Assembly: GCF_037042905.1 (NCBI RefSeq)
Contig: NC_087251.1
Coordinates: forward strand, 39,866,001 to 39,930,000
DNA from: Lytechinus pictus
Taxonomy: Eukaryota
DNA length: 64,000 bases
Reading direction: 5' to 3'
The position numbers were made by a program, and so were the translations under genes. Every line of letters starts with the position of its first letter. Position 1 is the stretch's first letter. This document shows positions 63,211 through 64,000 of this stretch, piece by piece. The notes beneath the pieces are model-generated. The model was not told the DNA's origin and ran no database searches. It saw only the letters and a program-made list of their open reading frames with translations.

Positions 63211-64000
63211 TTTTACCATGATCCTATTCAACATTTCACCGTTAATAAGTTCTGATGTTTCTATCGATCATTTCACCCTTCGTCTAAATAAAGGTAAGAA
63301 ATAATAGATATTTTAAATGTAATTTCACCTCCTTTTCACATTTAATCGAAAGCCATTAAGCTCTTTCCATATCATTATATTACGCAACTATTAAAATCAA
63401 AGAGTATCCAATAAGTATGACAAAATCAATATTACAGTTAAGGTTACAATTAAACTGAGACTCAAAACTTTATGAGAAACTCCAATCATTATCATTGATA
63501 TAATATTATTAACTGTTTATCCCATGATTTCAAAAAAGCCCGCCGCCCACCCCCTCCCAATTTTTTTTTACCTTCTGCCAGGCCAAGCTGGAATAAAAAA
63601 AGCATAAAATATTATTGATAAAATCTGAAGGAAACAACAGGGTTGAAGTTAATGTTTGAAATGTTAATTTTCTCTTTACTTTAATTTCAGCTTATTTTTA
63701 GCGATATTTAATTTTAATTCAGGAGATATCTTTTGACAAAGTAATCACTGTTTTGATGGCAACAAAGACCTATAGAGAACATTGTTATCCAGATGTCACG
63801 ATGATTTTAACAGCAGAATCAGTAACTCAGTGGTATGTTTTTTATTTCCTTTTTAGGCTGGATAAGATTAAAGACAATGCTAATAATAATAATTTTTATT
63901 TACTCAGGTTAGCCGCTTCGCATCATCGTTTATTGGCAGTGTTTTACGAAAGTAGTACATTTTTTTAGATAGAGAATATATCATGATACCAATGCTAACA

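Larger units (their letters stand above)
54512..64000 (+). repeat. Tandem segmental unit, copy 3 (truncated by the window end)
   Basis: Collinear with copies 1 and 2; position 64000 corresponds to ~34500 in copy 1. Confidence 0.92.
54646..64000 (+). ncRNA. Putative spliced non-coding transcript or decayed gene, copy 3 (partial)
   Basis: Donors at 55264, 56209, 57880 and 63294; acceptors before 54646/54655, 56192 and 58300. Confidence 0.45.

Overview
AT-rich metazoan genomic DNA. The repeat repertoire resembles a sea urchin or other marine invertebrate (inference). No intact host protein-coding gene is recognisable. Bases 1-25.4 kb are mostly transposon-derived: a near-complete L2-clade LINE ORF2, a Tx1/L1-type 3' fragment, nested TIR MITEs with clear TSDs, DINE-1/Helentron-like elements and a 216-N gap. 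Bases 25.4-64 kb are a direct tandem array of three copies of an ~11-kb unit (copy 3 runs off the window), and a more diverged copy of one exon-like block lies at 18.6-19.0 kb. The unit has many plus-strand splice signals conserved between copies but no credible ORF. These include 17-nt and 30-nt microexon candidates, an AG|GTAAG recursive-splice-like site, and a 2.6-4.4-kb ~52-bp minisatellite bracketed by acceptor and donor sites. It looks like a multi-copy spliced, repeat-domain lncRNA or a heavily decayed gene; transcription cannot be shown from sequence alone. Copy 1 also holds a tail-to-tail pair of PIF/Harbinger-like non-autonomous elements forming a palindrome with ~2.9-kb arms. All alignments were made by eye and boundaries are approximate unless a TSD is quoted.
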